Part shown: positions 47,670 to 56,328 of the stretch, piece after piece | Position numbering within the stretch: position 1 is the stretch's first letter | Layout of the letters: the number at the start of each line of letters is the position of its first letter | Assembly: GCA_049512315.1 (NCBI GenBank) | Contig: JBEKXF010000002.1 | Coordinates: 62,001 to 126,000 of the forward strand | From: Candidatus Aminicenantales bacterium | Lineage (GTDB): Bacteria > Acidobacteriota > Aminicenantia > Aminicenantales > Saccharicenantaceae | Length of the DNA stretch: 64,000 bases | Reading direction: 5' to 3' | Notes under the pieces: model-generated | The model's database searches: none | What the model was told of the DNA's origin: nothing | What the model saw: only the letters and a program-made list of their open reading frames with translations | Made by a program: the position numbers and the translations under genes

Positions 47670-49448
47670 ATGAAGATCAAGTATCTCGACGGAAAAAGGC
47701 TCTACTATGCCTTTCTCGCCGGCGGCCGGGCCGTCATGCGGGACCAGCAGTACCTCGATAAGATAAATGTCTTTCCGGTGCCGGATTCCGACACCGGCAC
47801 GAACCTGGCATCGACCATGCGCTCCATCGCCCAGCGGGCCCGGGCTTTCCGGTCGGCCCATCATACCCTCGGCTCGATCGCCGACGCGGCCCTGACCGGG
47901 GCCCGAGGCAATTCGGGGCTCATCTTCGCCCAGTTCGTCTACGGCCTCAGTCAGGAGGCCCGCGATGAGGCCCGACTCTCGCCCCGCCGCTTCGCCGAAC
48001 TGGTCCGGCGGGCCGCTCATCATGCCCGACAGTCCATCCTGACTCCCGTCGAAGGGACGATGATCACGCTCCTCCACGACTGGGCCGAGGCCGTTTACGA
48101 ACAGCGCCTGAAAATGACCGATTTCGCTGAGCTCCTTTCCTACTCCCTTCATATCGCCGAGAAATCTCTCAGGGAAACGCCGGAAAAGCTGGAGGTCCTG
48201 GCCAAGGCCGGCGTCGTGGATGCCGGGGCCAAGGGCTTCTTCGACTTCCTCGAGGGCGTCGTCAACTTCATCAGGAAGGGCGACATCAAGGACATCATCA
48301 GGGTCGAAACCGCCCCTCTTCCCATCCTCGCGGAGGCCCACGCGAGCCGGAGCTCCGTGACGAAAAGATACTGCTCCGAGGCCCTGATCACCGGGGAGGG
48401 GATCGACATCGACGCCGTCCGGGGCGCGGTCCGGGCGGCCGGCGAATCGGCCATCGTCGCCGGGTCCCGGTCCAAGGTCCGCCTCCACGTCCATACCGAC
48501 TCGCCCGCGGGCCTTTTCGCCAAGCTCCGCGAGTTCGGGGCGATCGCCGAGATCAAGGCCGACGACATGCTGCGCCAGTACGAAGCCGCCCACCGGAGAC
48601 AGTCGCCGGTCGCCCTGGTGACGGACTCGGCCTGCGACCTGCCCGGCGAGATCCTTGACGAACATCAGATCCACATGATCCCGTTCACCCTGTCCTTCGG
48701 AGACAGCCTCTATCTGGACAAGGTCACGATTACTCCCGACGAGTTTTACACGCAGCTGAAGATGAGCCGGGACGTTCCGAAAAGCGCCCAGCCGTCTCCG
48801 GAGACGGTGAAAAGGCTCCTCGAATTCCTGGCGGGACATTATGAGCGGGTCCTGGTCGTCACCATCTCGGACAAGCTCACCGGGCTATATCGGCAGGCCC
48901 TGGCCGTCCGGGAATCGCTCGGCCCGGACAAGATCCTGGTCGTCAATTCCCGGCAGCTTTCGGCCTGCCAGGGGCTGATCGTCCTGCGCTTGGCCGAGGC
49001 CATCCGCGGCGGCCTGAGCGCAGAGGAGATCGCGCTCCTGGCCGAGAGCTGGATCGCCAAGGCCAAGCTCTGGGTCGATATCCGGACCCTGAAATACATG
49101 GTCCGCGGCGGCCGGGTGAGCCCCCTCAAGGGCCTTCTGGCCGGGCTCCTCAATATCAAGCCCATCATCTCCCTCGATGAGGAGGGCCGGGCCGTGGCCT
49201 TGGGCAAGTCCTTCAGCCGCCGCCGGAACATGACCAAGATCGTCGGCATGATCCGCCGGGAAGCCGCGGGTCAGAAGGTCTGGAACTACGCCATCGTCCA
49301 CGCCCAGAACCCCTATCGCGCCCTGCGCTACGCCAAAGAGCTGGGCCCGGTCCTCGGCCGGAAGCCCGCTTTCATCATGGATATCTCCCCCGTCATCGGC
49401 GTCCATAACGGCATCGGGGTCGTCGGCATCTGCCTGATGTTCGAATGA
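47670..49448 (+). CDS. DAK2 (FakA-like) - DegV (FakB-like) fusion protein
   Basis: INVFPVPD.DTGTN, GARGNSG, P.EGT, VVDAGAKG; then VTDSACDL, SAQPS, GGR..., IKPI, IGVHNG. Confidence 0.9.
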   Translation: MKIKYLDGKRLYYAFLAGGRAVMRDQQYLDKINVFPVPDSDTGTNLASTMRSIAQRARAFRSAHHTLGSIADAALTGARGNSGLIFAQFVYGLSQEARDEARLSPRRFAELVRRAAHHARQSILTPVEGTMITLLHDWAEAVYEQRLKMTDFAELLSYSLHIAEKSLRETPEKLEVLAKAGVVDAGAKGFFDFLEGVVNFIRKGDIKDIIRVETAPLPILAEAHASRSSVTKRYCSEALITGEGIDIDAVRGAVRAAGESAIVAGSRSKVRLHVHTDSPAGLFAKLREFGAIAEIKADDMLRQYEAAHRRQSPVALVTDSACDLPGEILDEHQIHMIPFTLSFGDSLYLDKVTITPDEFYTQLKMSRDVPKSAQPSPETVKRLLEFLAGHYERVLVVTISDKLTGLYRQALAVRESLGPDKILVVNSRQLSACQGLIVLRLAEAIRGGLSAEEIALLAESWIAKAKLWVDIRTLKYMVRGGRVSPLKGLLAGLLNIKPIISLDEEGRAVALGKSFSRRRNMTKIVGMIRREAAGQKVWNYAIVHAQNPYRALRYAKELGPVLGRKPAFIMDISPVIGVHNGIGVVGICLMFE

Positions 49449-49482
49449 GCGCCCCGGGCCGGCGCCGCAGGAGATCGAGAGA

Positions 49483-50253
49483 ATGGAACACGTTCTTTTC
49501 CTCTGCGCCCTCACGGCCTGGCTCTACATGACGGCCTGGTTCATCCTGGCCCTTCTCAGGAAAGACAATTCCGTAGCGGACATCGCCTGGGGGTTGGGCT
49601 TCGTCCTCCTGGCCGTTCTGACTCTCGTCCGGCGGAACGAATACGCCGCCAGGCAGATCCTTGTCTCAGGCCTGGTCCTTCTCTGGGGGGTCCGGCTGGC
49701 CGTTCATATCTTCTCCAGGAACCGCAAGCGGGGCGAAGATTATCGGTATGCGGAATGGCGGGCGAAATGGGGACGGTCGTTTGTCCCGAGGAGCTATCTT
49801 CAGGTCTTCATCCTCCAAGGCGTCTTTCTCCTTGTCATCAGCCTGCCCGTCATCCTGGTTAATTCCGTGCACCAGAAAGGGCTGGGCGGGCTGGACCTTG
49901 CGGCCGCCCTCGTCTGGCTCACGGGCTTTGTCTTCGAGTCGGTTGCCGACCGCGAGCTCGCGCGATTCAAGAAGGACCCGGCCAACAGAGGAAAGATCAT
50001 GACATCCGGCCTCTGGAAATACACGCGGCACCCGAACTATTTCGGGGAAGCCGTCATGTGGTGGGGAATTTTCGGTCTCGCCCTTTTGACCAGGAACGGC
50101 TGGTTGACCGCGGCCAGCCCCCTGCTCATTACGTTCCTGCTCCGCTTCGTCTCAGGCGTCCCTCTGCTCGAGAAAAAATACCGGGGGAACGCCGAATTCG
50201 AGGAGTATGCCCGCCGGACGAACGCATTGATCCCCTGGCTTACGAAAACATAG
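49483..50253 (+). CDS. DUF1295 / steroid 5-alpha-reductase-like membrane protein
   Basis: DNS.ADIAWG, ED.RY, GLWKYTRHPNYFGE, SGVPLLE. Confidence 0.88.
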   Translation: MEHVLFLCALTAWLYMTAWFILALLRKDNSVADIAWGLGFVLLAVLTLVRRNEYAARQILVSGLVLLWGVRLAVHIFSRNRKRGEDYRYAEWRAKWGRSFVPRSYLQVFILQGVFLLVISLPVILVNSVHQKGLGGLDLAAALVWLTGFVFESVADRELARFKKDPANRGKIMTSGLWKYTRHPNYFGEAVMWWGIFGLALLTRNGWLTAASPLLITFLLRFVSGVPLLEKKYRGNAEFEEYARRTNALIPWLTKT

Positions 50254-50269
50254 CCTGACCCCCGGCTGG

Positions 50270-50305
50270 AAAGAAAGAAGGGGATGTCCTCTGCGGACAT
50301 CCCCT
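50270..50305 (-). terminator. Rho-independent terminator between convergent genes
   Basis: 11-bp stem AGGGGATGTCC-tctgc-GGACATCCCCT followed on the minus strand by TCTTTCTTT. Confidence 0.75.
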
Positions 50306-50326
50306 CCGATAGAATCGAAAATCCTT

Positions 50327-53300
50327 TTAGAATCCCGGGCTGATGCTGAACTGAAAGTGCCAGCGCCGCGCCTCCGGAGGAGTCTGCTGGATCGGGTAGA
50401 CATAGTTGAGGCCGATGACCAGCATGCCGAAAAGATTGGTCCTGAGACCGATGCCCGTGCTGGTGATCGGCTTCCGGTTCCCGCCTGCGAACCAGGGCCT
50501 GACGTCCGCATTCGTCGTTCCTCCCCACCAGTATCCCGGCTGGTCGGCCCAGGCAATGCCGGCGTCATAAAACCCGTAGAACTCCAGGGGCCAGGCCCCG
50601 AAATAGCCTTTGCCAATGCCGAGGAGTCTGAAGAGCGGGAAACGGAGCTCGACGTTGGCGACGATCATCTTGCTGCCGAAGAGTCGAAAATAGTCGAATG
50701 TCGAATTGCTGGGAAAGGACTCGTAGCCGCGGACGAGGTCCCAGTAGGCGATATAGTAAGGATAAAAGCGATCATCCCCGGCGTCCTTGCCGTACCGGCC
50801 GACGTGAAGAGCCCGGAAGGCCAGGGTGAACGGCTTGACCGGCAGGAAATATTTCCGGAAATCGGCTGAAACCGTCGTGAAATTGATGTTGCCGATAGCC
50901 GGGGACACGGCCAGGCCGTAGCTCTGGCCGATAATGGGGCTGGTCGCCCCGAAGATCCCCGTGTCATAATAAAGCCCGGCCGTGGCGTAGCCGAAGCCGA
51001 GCCCCGGCTGCGATTCCGGGTGGGTCTTGCTGTAGAAGATCTCGTACCCCGTGGCATAGGAATAGGCCCAGGTGTAGAGCGTCTGGCTGAATCCGATGTG
51101 GCGGTAACCGGCGCTCAATTCGATCCGCTGGGCGGAGCTCAAGGGGTAGGAGGCGAAGGCGGAAACGTCGTAGTTGATGATCCGGTAGACCAACTCCTGT
51201 TCGACCATGGCCGGTTCGCCGTACGTGGTCGTGTCATCATAGATGTTATAATAAGGATAAGGATAGACGATCCGCTGGGCGGCCATTCCCCAGTTCAGGC
51301 GGTTCTTGCTGTTGAGGTAGGCCACGACACCGGAAGTATCGATGATCTGGGGGCCCGTGATCGCGGTCGTGATGACCGTGTTCGTGCCCAGCATGTCGCT
51401 CCAGTACGCGGAGATCCCTCCCGCGCCGTAGGTCCCGTACCGGTCAACCCCGATGGCCAGCGAGGGCGGCGTGACGTAATCCAGGGCCAGTTTGGACTTG
51501 TACGGGGAGACCGCGAAATTCGTGTCCTTGGGCAATCCGAACAGGGGGTTCTTGAGGAGCCCCATGAGGGAACCCTCGGATTGGGTCCGCGGCGGCAGGA
51601 GGGCGGGGTTGCGGTCGAATTGGGCCAGGAAGGACTGGCCGGCCAGCACGGTCGGGTCGGCAATGACCGAGATCGAGAAAAAATTCCCTTCGTACGTGCT
51701 GAGGATGATCCGGCCCGCCTGCGTCAGCGTGATCGCGGGGCTCAGCTCCGTGATCCCGCTGATGCCCGTGTAAAGGTTCGTGACCTGGAAGATCTTCCCC
51801 GAATCCAGGTCGATCCGGTAGAGATCGGTCTTGCCGTTCTGGTCTGAAAGAAAATAGAGCCCCTTGGAGTCCGCCGTCCACTGGGGGTTGATGTTCTTGC
51901 CGTTGGGGAAGGCCAGGACCTTCTGGATCTGGCCGGATTCGACGTCCATGAGGGCCAGCTCATAATGGCCGATATCGACCCATTCCAGGTTCGTCGTGAA
52001 CCTTTCGGTCACGAAGGCGATCCTCTTCCCGTCGGGCGACCAGACCGGTTGGAGGTCGCCGTAAACGTCGCGGGTCATCTGTTTCAGGACGTTGTGCTCG
52101 AGATCGTAGATGAAGATATCGGTGACGCCGCCGGCCAGGGCCGAAAAAGCGATATAGCGGTCATCGGGCGACCAGCAGGGGCTCAGGATCTCGCCGAGCT
52201 CCTTGAAGGGGATCTCCTTCTCGACCCTGTCCTTTTTCATGTCGAGGATGGTCAGGACGGGCCGCCCCTTGGTGACCCCGCCGAAGACGAACTTCTCGCC
52301 CTTGGCGTCCCACGACCCGGTCGATCGGATGAACTCGATGCTCTCGAAATGGGGGTCGAGGGCCGTCGAGATCAGCTTCCTCTTGACCTGGCCGGTCTCG
52401 GCGTCCGCCAGGAACATGTCGATGGAGAAGAGGTCCCGGCTGGACATGAAGACCATCTCCTTGCCGTCCGGGCTGACGGCCGGGGAAATGTTGTACATGC
52501 TGTTGTCCGTCCCCTTGATGAGGATCCTCGCGAACTTGTCCGTGCTCTGGGTCTTTTCAAGGAGCGGGTTGTAGGCGTCCTGCATCGATTTGTGCCAGTC
52601 GGCCGAGAGCTGCTTGAGCTTGATCCCCAGGACTCCCTCGAGGATGACCTCGTAGTCCCCGGTCCGGCCGACGGACTTCATCATCTTGCCGATGACCTCG
52701 TCCCCCCAGCGTCCGGTGATGTAGGCCCACAGGGCCTGACCCCAGCGGTAGGGGAAGTATTTATAGGAATTGTCGAGCTTATTGATCGCCGGCAGGTCCT
52801 TGCGGCGGACGGCGTCCCTCATCCACATCGAGGTGTTGGGGTCGACCGGCCCGATGGAGAGGTATTCGGCCATCCCCTCGATGAACCAGAGTGGGATCCG
52901 CAGGTTCTGCTCGTTCACTCGGGCGGCGTCGGAGTGCCCCTGGGCCATGATGTCGTACTGGAAAGCGTGGACGAGCTCGTGGCCGATGACATGGTCGGTC
53001 TCATAGAGCGAGGCGCCATAGGGAAGGACGATCCTCCGCTTGAAGGACTCCGTGACTCCGCCCGTCCCCTCCCCCATCAGCTCCGAGATGACGGTGGTCT
53101 GCTGGAATTCGGGGCTGCTGCCGTAGAGGATCAGGGGCTGACGCGTCCGCAGCTCATAATTGAACATCCGGGAATAGCGCGAGTACCAGCGCTCGGCAAT
53201 GAGGCCGGCGAGCTTGACGGTCTGTTCGTCCTCCAGATAGAAATAGATGTCGAAATGCCGGGTCTTCATGATCTTGAAGTCGAACTTCTGGTACTGGACC

Positions 53301-53407
53301 TTGTTCCGGCCGTAGTACTGAGCGTTCAATCCCGGCGCCAGTGCGCCGACGACGAAAACGAGGAGAGCGACGGCGATAAGATATCTCGGACAAGAGGTCA
53401 ACCGCAT
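50327..53407 (-). CDS. Omp85-family outer-membrane protein with N-terminal zincin (HEXXH) domain and PD40/TolB-like propeller
   Basis: Signal peptide; HELVH...WFIEGMAEY; repeated P.WSPDG; barrel motifs VRGY, ELRFP, G.GLR.N; C-terminal Phe. Confidence 0.85.
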   Translation of the reverse strand: MRLTSCPRYLIAVALLVFVVGALAPGLNAQYYGRNKVQYQKFDFKIMKTRHFDIYFYLEDEQTVKLAGLIAERWYSRYSRMFNYELRTRQPLILYGSSPEFQQTTVISELMGEGTGGVTESFKRRIVLPYGASLYETDHVIGHELVHAFQYDIMAQGHSDAARVNEQNLRIPLWFIEGMAEYLSIGPVDPNTSMWMRDAVRRKDLPAINKLDNSYKYFPYRWGQALWAYITGRWGDEVIGKMMKSVGRTGDYEVILEGVLGIKLKQLSADWHKSMQDAYNPLLEKTQSTDKFARILIKGTDNSMYNISPAVSPDGKEMVFMSSRDLFSIDMFLADAETGQVKRKLISTALDPHFESIEFIRSTGSWDAKGEKFVFGGVTKGRPVLTILDMKKDRVEKEIPFKELGEILSPCWSPDDRYIAFSALAGGVTDIFIYDLEHNVLKQMTRDVYGDLQPVWSPDGKRIAFVTERFTTNLEWVDIGHYELALMDVESGQIQKVLAFPNGKNINPQWTADSKGLYFLSDQNGKTDLYRIDLDSGKIFQVTNLYTGISGITELSPAITLTQAGRIILSTYEGNFFSISVIADPTVLAGQSFLAQFDRNPALLPPRTQSEGSLMGLLKNPLFGLPKDTNFAVSPYKSKLALDYVTPPSLAIGVDRYGTYGAGGISAYWSDMLGTNTVITTAITGPQIIDTSGVVAYLNSKNRLNWGMAAQRIVYPYPYYNIYDDTTTYGEPAMVEQELVYRIINYDVSAFASYPLSSAQRIELSAGYRHIGFSQTLYTWAYSYATGYEIFYSKTHPESQPGLGFGYATAGLYYDTGIFGATSPIIGQSYGLAVSPAIGNINFTTVSADFRKYFLPVKPFTLAFRALHVGRYGKDAGDDRFYPYYIAYWDLVRGYESFPSNSTFDYFRLFGSKMIVANVELRFPLFRLLGIGKGYFGAWPLEFYGFYDAGIAWADQPGYWWGGTTNADVRPWFAGGNRKPITSTGIGLRTNLFGMLVIGLNYVYPIQQTPPEARRWHFQFSISPGF

Positions 53408-53579
53408 AGGATTCCTCCTTTAATGTTTCTATTGTAACGGATAGAAGGCAGGATGGGAAATCTTCCCGGTGACGGGGCTCCAGGCGTGTCCATAGGTCGA
53501 AACTCCTTTCGACCCCTTCCCGCGAATATTCTATATGATGCCCGGGGAAATGTCCAGAGCCCCGCACCTCTCCGAGCCG

Positions 53580-53609
53580 TTGACCTCGCCTCGCCAAATA
53601 CGATAAGAT
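53580..53609 (+). promoter_or_regulatory. Putative sigma70 promoter of the 53.6-62.9 kb operon
   Basis: TTGACC-N18-TAAGAT 14 nt before the ATG; a divergent TTCCCA-N17-TACAAT lies at 53431-53459 (minus). Confidence 0.45.
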
Positions 53610-53623
53610 GCGGAAGGCTTCCA

Positions 53624-54931
53624 ATGACCGCGCACGTCCTGATCATCCTCGCCGTCATGGCCGCCGCCTACGCCCTGGCCAAAACGAAGGGCTTGTCCGT
53701 CGAGCTGAGCATGTTCGCGGCGTCCCTGGCCGGGGGGATCGCGGGTGCTTTAGCCGGGACGCCGCCGGCCGGGGAGCTCGGGCGCCACCTTGTCGAAGGG
53801 GCCTTCACGTACCTCGACGTCATCCTCGTCTTCTTCACGGCCACGCTGTTCATGACCATCGTCAACGAATCGGGCGGCGTTAATTATGTCGTCACGGCGA
53901 CGGTCAGGGCCTTCGCCCGCCAACGCGCCCTGGCCCTCCTCGTCCTGATGATCATCGTCCTCATCCCGGGCGCCCTGACCGGGGCCGGCAGCGTTTCCCT
54001 CCTCGTCGTCGGGGCTCCGGTGGCCATGGCCCTCGGCCGGCTGGGGATCCCGAAAAAAAGGACCGCCGCGATTCTCTTCATCCTGGCCGGCCTGAGCGCC
54101 GCGGCCCCGCCCGTGAACATCTGGGCCATGATCCTGTGCGCGGGAACGGCCATCCCGTACGTCGGGTTCGAGCTCGTCCTGGGTCTCCCCTGCCTTCTCC
54201 TCGGCGCGTTCACCGTCTTCCTTCTCGGCTGGAAGAAAGACCCGCTCTCCGCCGAAGCCTCCGGCCAGTTGCCTGCGGCCCCGGCCGGGATAACCTGGTG
54301 GCGGGTTCTCGTTCCTTTCGCGGTCTTCTTCGGCTTGGTTATCGCCGGCCGCGTCTGGCCCTTCGGGACCCCCATCCTCGGCCTGTCCCTGGAGTTCACG
54401 GTGAGCGGCCTGGTCGCCCTCGCCCTGAGCCCGCGGAAGCTCCCGGTCCTGGCCCTTTCCCTGGACACCGTCCGACGACTCCTGCCTCTCCTTTCGACAA
54501 TGGTCATCGTCGGGATGCTCCAGCAGATCATGACGGCGACCGGCGTCCGGGGTCTGCTGTCGTTCGCCGTGATCTCGGCGCCCCTGGTCGTCCTCTTCAT
54601 CCTCCTGCCCGTCATCATCCCCGTTTCCGAGGGGGTCCTGACCTACGGCGGGGCGGCCATCATCGGCATCCCGCTCGTCTGGTTCCTGGACTCCATTGGA
54701 TATCATGCGACCGTCGTCATCGCCGGGCTGAGCCTCCTCTGGCCCCTGGGCGACGGCCTGCCGCCCACGGCCCTCATCGGGCGGCTGAGCAACATGGTGT
54801 CCGGATACCACGGTTCGTACTGGGATTTTCTGAGATCGACCTGGATCCCCTGGCTGGTCATCACGGCCACGGGGCTCCTGATGATCATCTTCAGCTCCAA
54901 GCTGGCCTTCCTGGTCCGATGGAGCATGTGA
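53624..54931 (+). CDS. IT-superfamily permease (TRAP DctM / citrate-transporter-like)
   Basis: About 12 hydrophobic segments; RHLVEG.F.Y.D, PGALTG, APPVN..AM, GD..PPTA.IG pseudo-repeat motifs. Confidence 0.75.
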   Translation: MTAHVLIILAVMAAAYALAKTKGLSVELSMFAASLAGGIAGALAGTPPAGELGRHLVEGAFTYLDVILVFFTATLFMTIVNESGGVNYVVTATVRAFARQRALALLVLMIIVLIPGALTGAGSVSLLVVGAPVAMALGRLGIPKKRTAAILFILAGLSAAAPPVNIWAMILCAGTAIPYVGFELVLGLPCLLLGAFTVFLLGWKKDPLSAEASGQLPAAPAGITWWRVLVPFAVFFGLVIAGRVWPFGTPILGLSLEFTVSGLVALALSPRKLPVLALSLDTVRRLLPLLSTMVIVGMLQQIMTATGVRGLLSFAVISAPLVVLFILLPVIIPVSEGVLTYGGAAIIGIPLVWFLDSIGYHATVVIAGLSLLWPLGDGLPPTALIGRLSNMVSGYHGSYWDFLRSTWIPWLVITATGLLMIIFSSKLAFLVRWSM

Positions 54932-54965
54932 GGACCCTGATGCCTGGCATTGTCCGGAGGTTCGG

Positions 54966-55121
54966 ATGTCCTGGGTCATGATCGCCTATTATGTGATCAG
55001 CGCTTTCCTCCTGGCCCTTCTCGCCTGGAACTTCGTCCGGGAAAAGAAGAGCCCGGACGACCTCGCCCTCTATCTCTTGGTCATGATCCCGCTCATCCTG
55101 AGGCTCCTCCGGGTGAAATAG
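54966..55121 (+). CDS. 51-aa two-helix membrane protein (below the ORF-track cutoff)
   Basis: MSWVMIAYYVISAFLLALLAWNFVREKKSPDDLALYLLVMIPLILRLLRVK*; GGAGG RBS 5 nt upstream; GC-rich third positions; fills the operon gap. Confidence 0.8.
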   Translation: MSWVMIAYYVISAFLLALLAWNFVREKKSPDDLALYLLVMIPLILRLLRVK

Positions 55122-55130
55122 GCGGAACCG

Positions 55131-56294
55131 ATGAAGCGCGAAGGACTTTTAAAATCTCTGTTCTTGGCGGCTGCTCTCGCCCTCCTCATCTGGGGAGGAC
55201 CCCCGCTCTACCGGCACCGCCATTTTGACATCCCGGTCGTCGAAGGTCCCGGAGTCACGTCCGTGGCCAGGCTGAGCGACTATTGCCCCCCTCTCAAGGG
55301 CACGATGGCCGACACGTCCGTCTTCGTCCTCGAAGGGAAGGAACCGGGAGGGAAAGCCATCCTCCTCGGCGACACCCATTCGAACGAGCCCGAAGGGCTG
55401 CTCGCCTCGCTCGTCTTCATCGAGAACGCGACCGTCGAAAAAGGAACGCTCTACGTCATCCCATTCTTCAACAACAGCGGCAGCCGGAACACCCGGCCCG
55501 GGGACGGCTACCCGCTCTATTTCGAAATCCCCACGGACTGGGGGGGCCTGAAGATCAGGTTCGGGAACCGTGACGCCTCCCCTCTCGACCAATGGCCGGA
55601 CCCGGACGTCTACATCCATTATCCCGACCGGCAGCTCCTGTCCTTCATCGACGTCCGGAACGTCAACCGGACCTGGCCCGGGCGGCCTGACGGACCCCTG
55701 ATGGAGCGGGTCACGTTCGGCGCCATGGAGATCATGCGGAGGGAAAAGGTCGACGTGGCCGTCGACATGCACGGGGCCGAGACGATGTTCCCGGTGACGA
55801 ACTGTATCGTGGCCCCTGAGAAATCCGTCAAGATCGCCACCCTGGCGGCCATGACCGTCAAGGCTAAGGAGGGGTTCGAGAGTCACGTCGAGCCGTCTCC
55901 GGCGGGCTTCCGGGGCCTTTCCCACCGGGAGATCGGCGACCACTCCGGAACGCTGCCCTTCCTCCTCGAGGCGCCCATCCCCTTCCTCGACCAGCCGACG
56001 GGCCCCAAGACGACCAAGCTCCTCCTCGACGGCAAGGACCCGTTTCTCTTAAGCCTGGCTCGGGGGAAAAAGCTTTTCGTCCCCTATGACGAATCCGGCT
56101 GGCCCATGGAGAGGCGGGTCGGCCAGCATTGCTCGGTCGTCCTCGAAATCCTCCGCCAGTTCTCAAAAAAGTTCCCGGATAAAGCCATCGTGGTCCGGGA
56201 CGTCCCGCGATACGCCGACCTCGTCAAGAACGGAGTTGGGCACTATTTCCTGAACCCGGACAAGGCGGAGCGAAAAAAGATCGTCCTGAATTGA
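55131..56294 (+). CDS. Succinylglutamate desuccinylase/aspartoacylase (M14-like Zn hydrolase) family protein, N-terminally anchored
   Basis: THSNEPEG (HxxE), RNVNRTWPG, VDMHGAE; hydrophobic N-terminus. Confidence 0.8.
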   Translation: MKREGLLKSLFLAAALALLIWGGPPLYRHRHFDIPVVEGPGVTSVARLSDYCPPLKGTMADTSVFVLEGKEPGGKAILLGDTHSNEPEGLLASLVFIENATVEKGTLYVIPFFNNSGSRNTRPGDGYPLYFEIPTDWGGLKIRFGNRDASPLDQWPDPDVYIHYPDRQLLSFIDVRNVNRTWPGRPDGPLMERVTFGAMEIMRREKVDVAVDMHGAETMFPVTNCIVAPEKSVKIATLAAMTVKAKEGFESHVEPSPAGFRGLSHREIGDHSGTLPFLLEAPIPFLDQPTGPKTTKLLLDGKDPFLLSLARGKKLFVPYDESGWPMERRVGQHCSVVLEILRQFSKKFPDKAIVVRDVPRYADLVKNGVGHYFLNPDKAERKKIVLN

Positions 56295-56328
56295 CGGATC
56301 GACCATAGATCTTCCGGAGGTGACCCCG

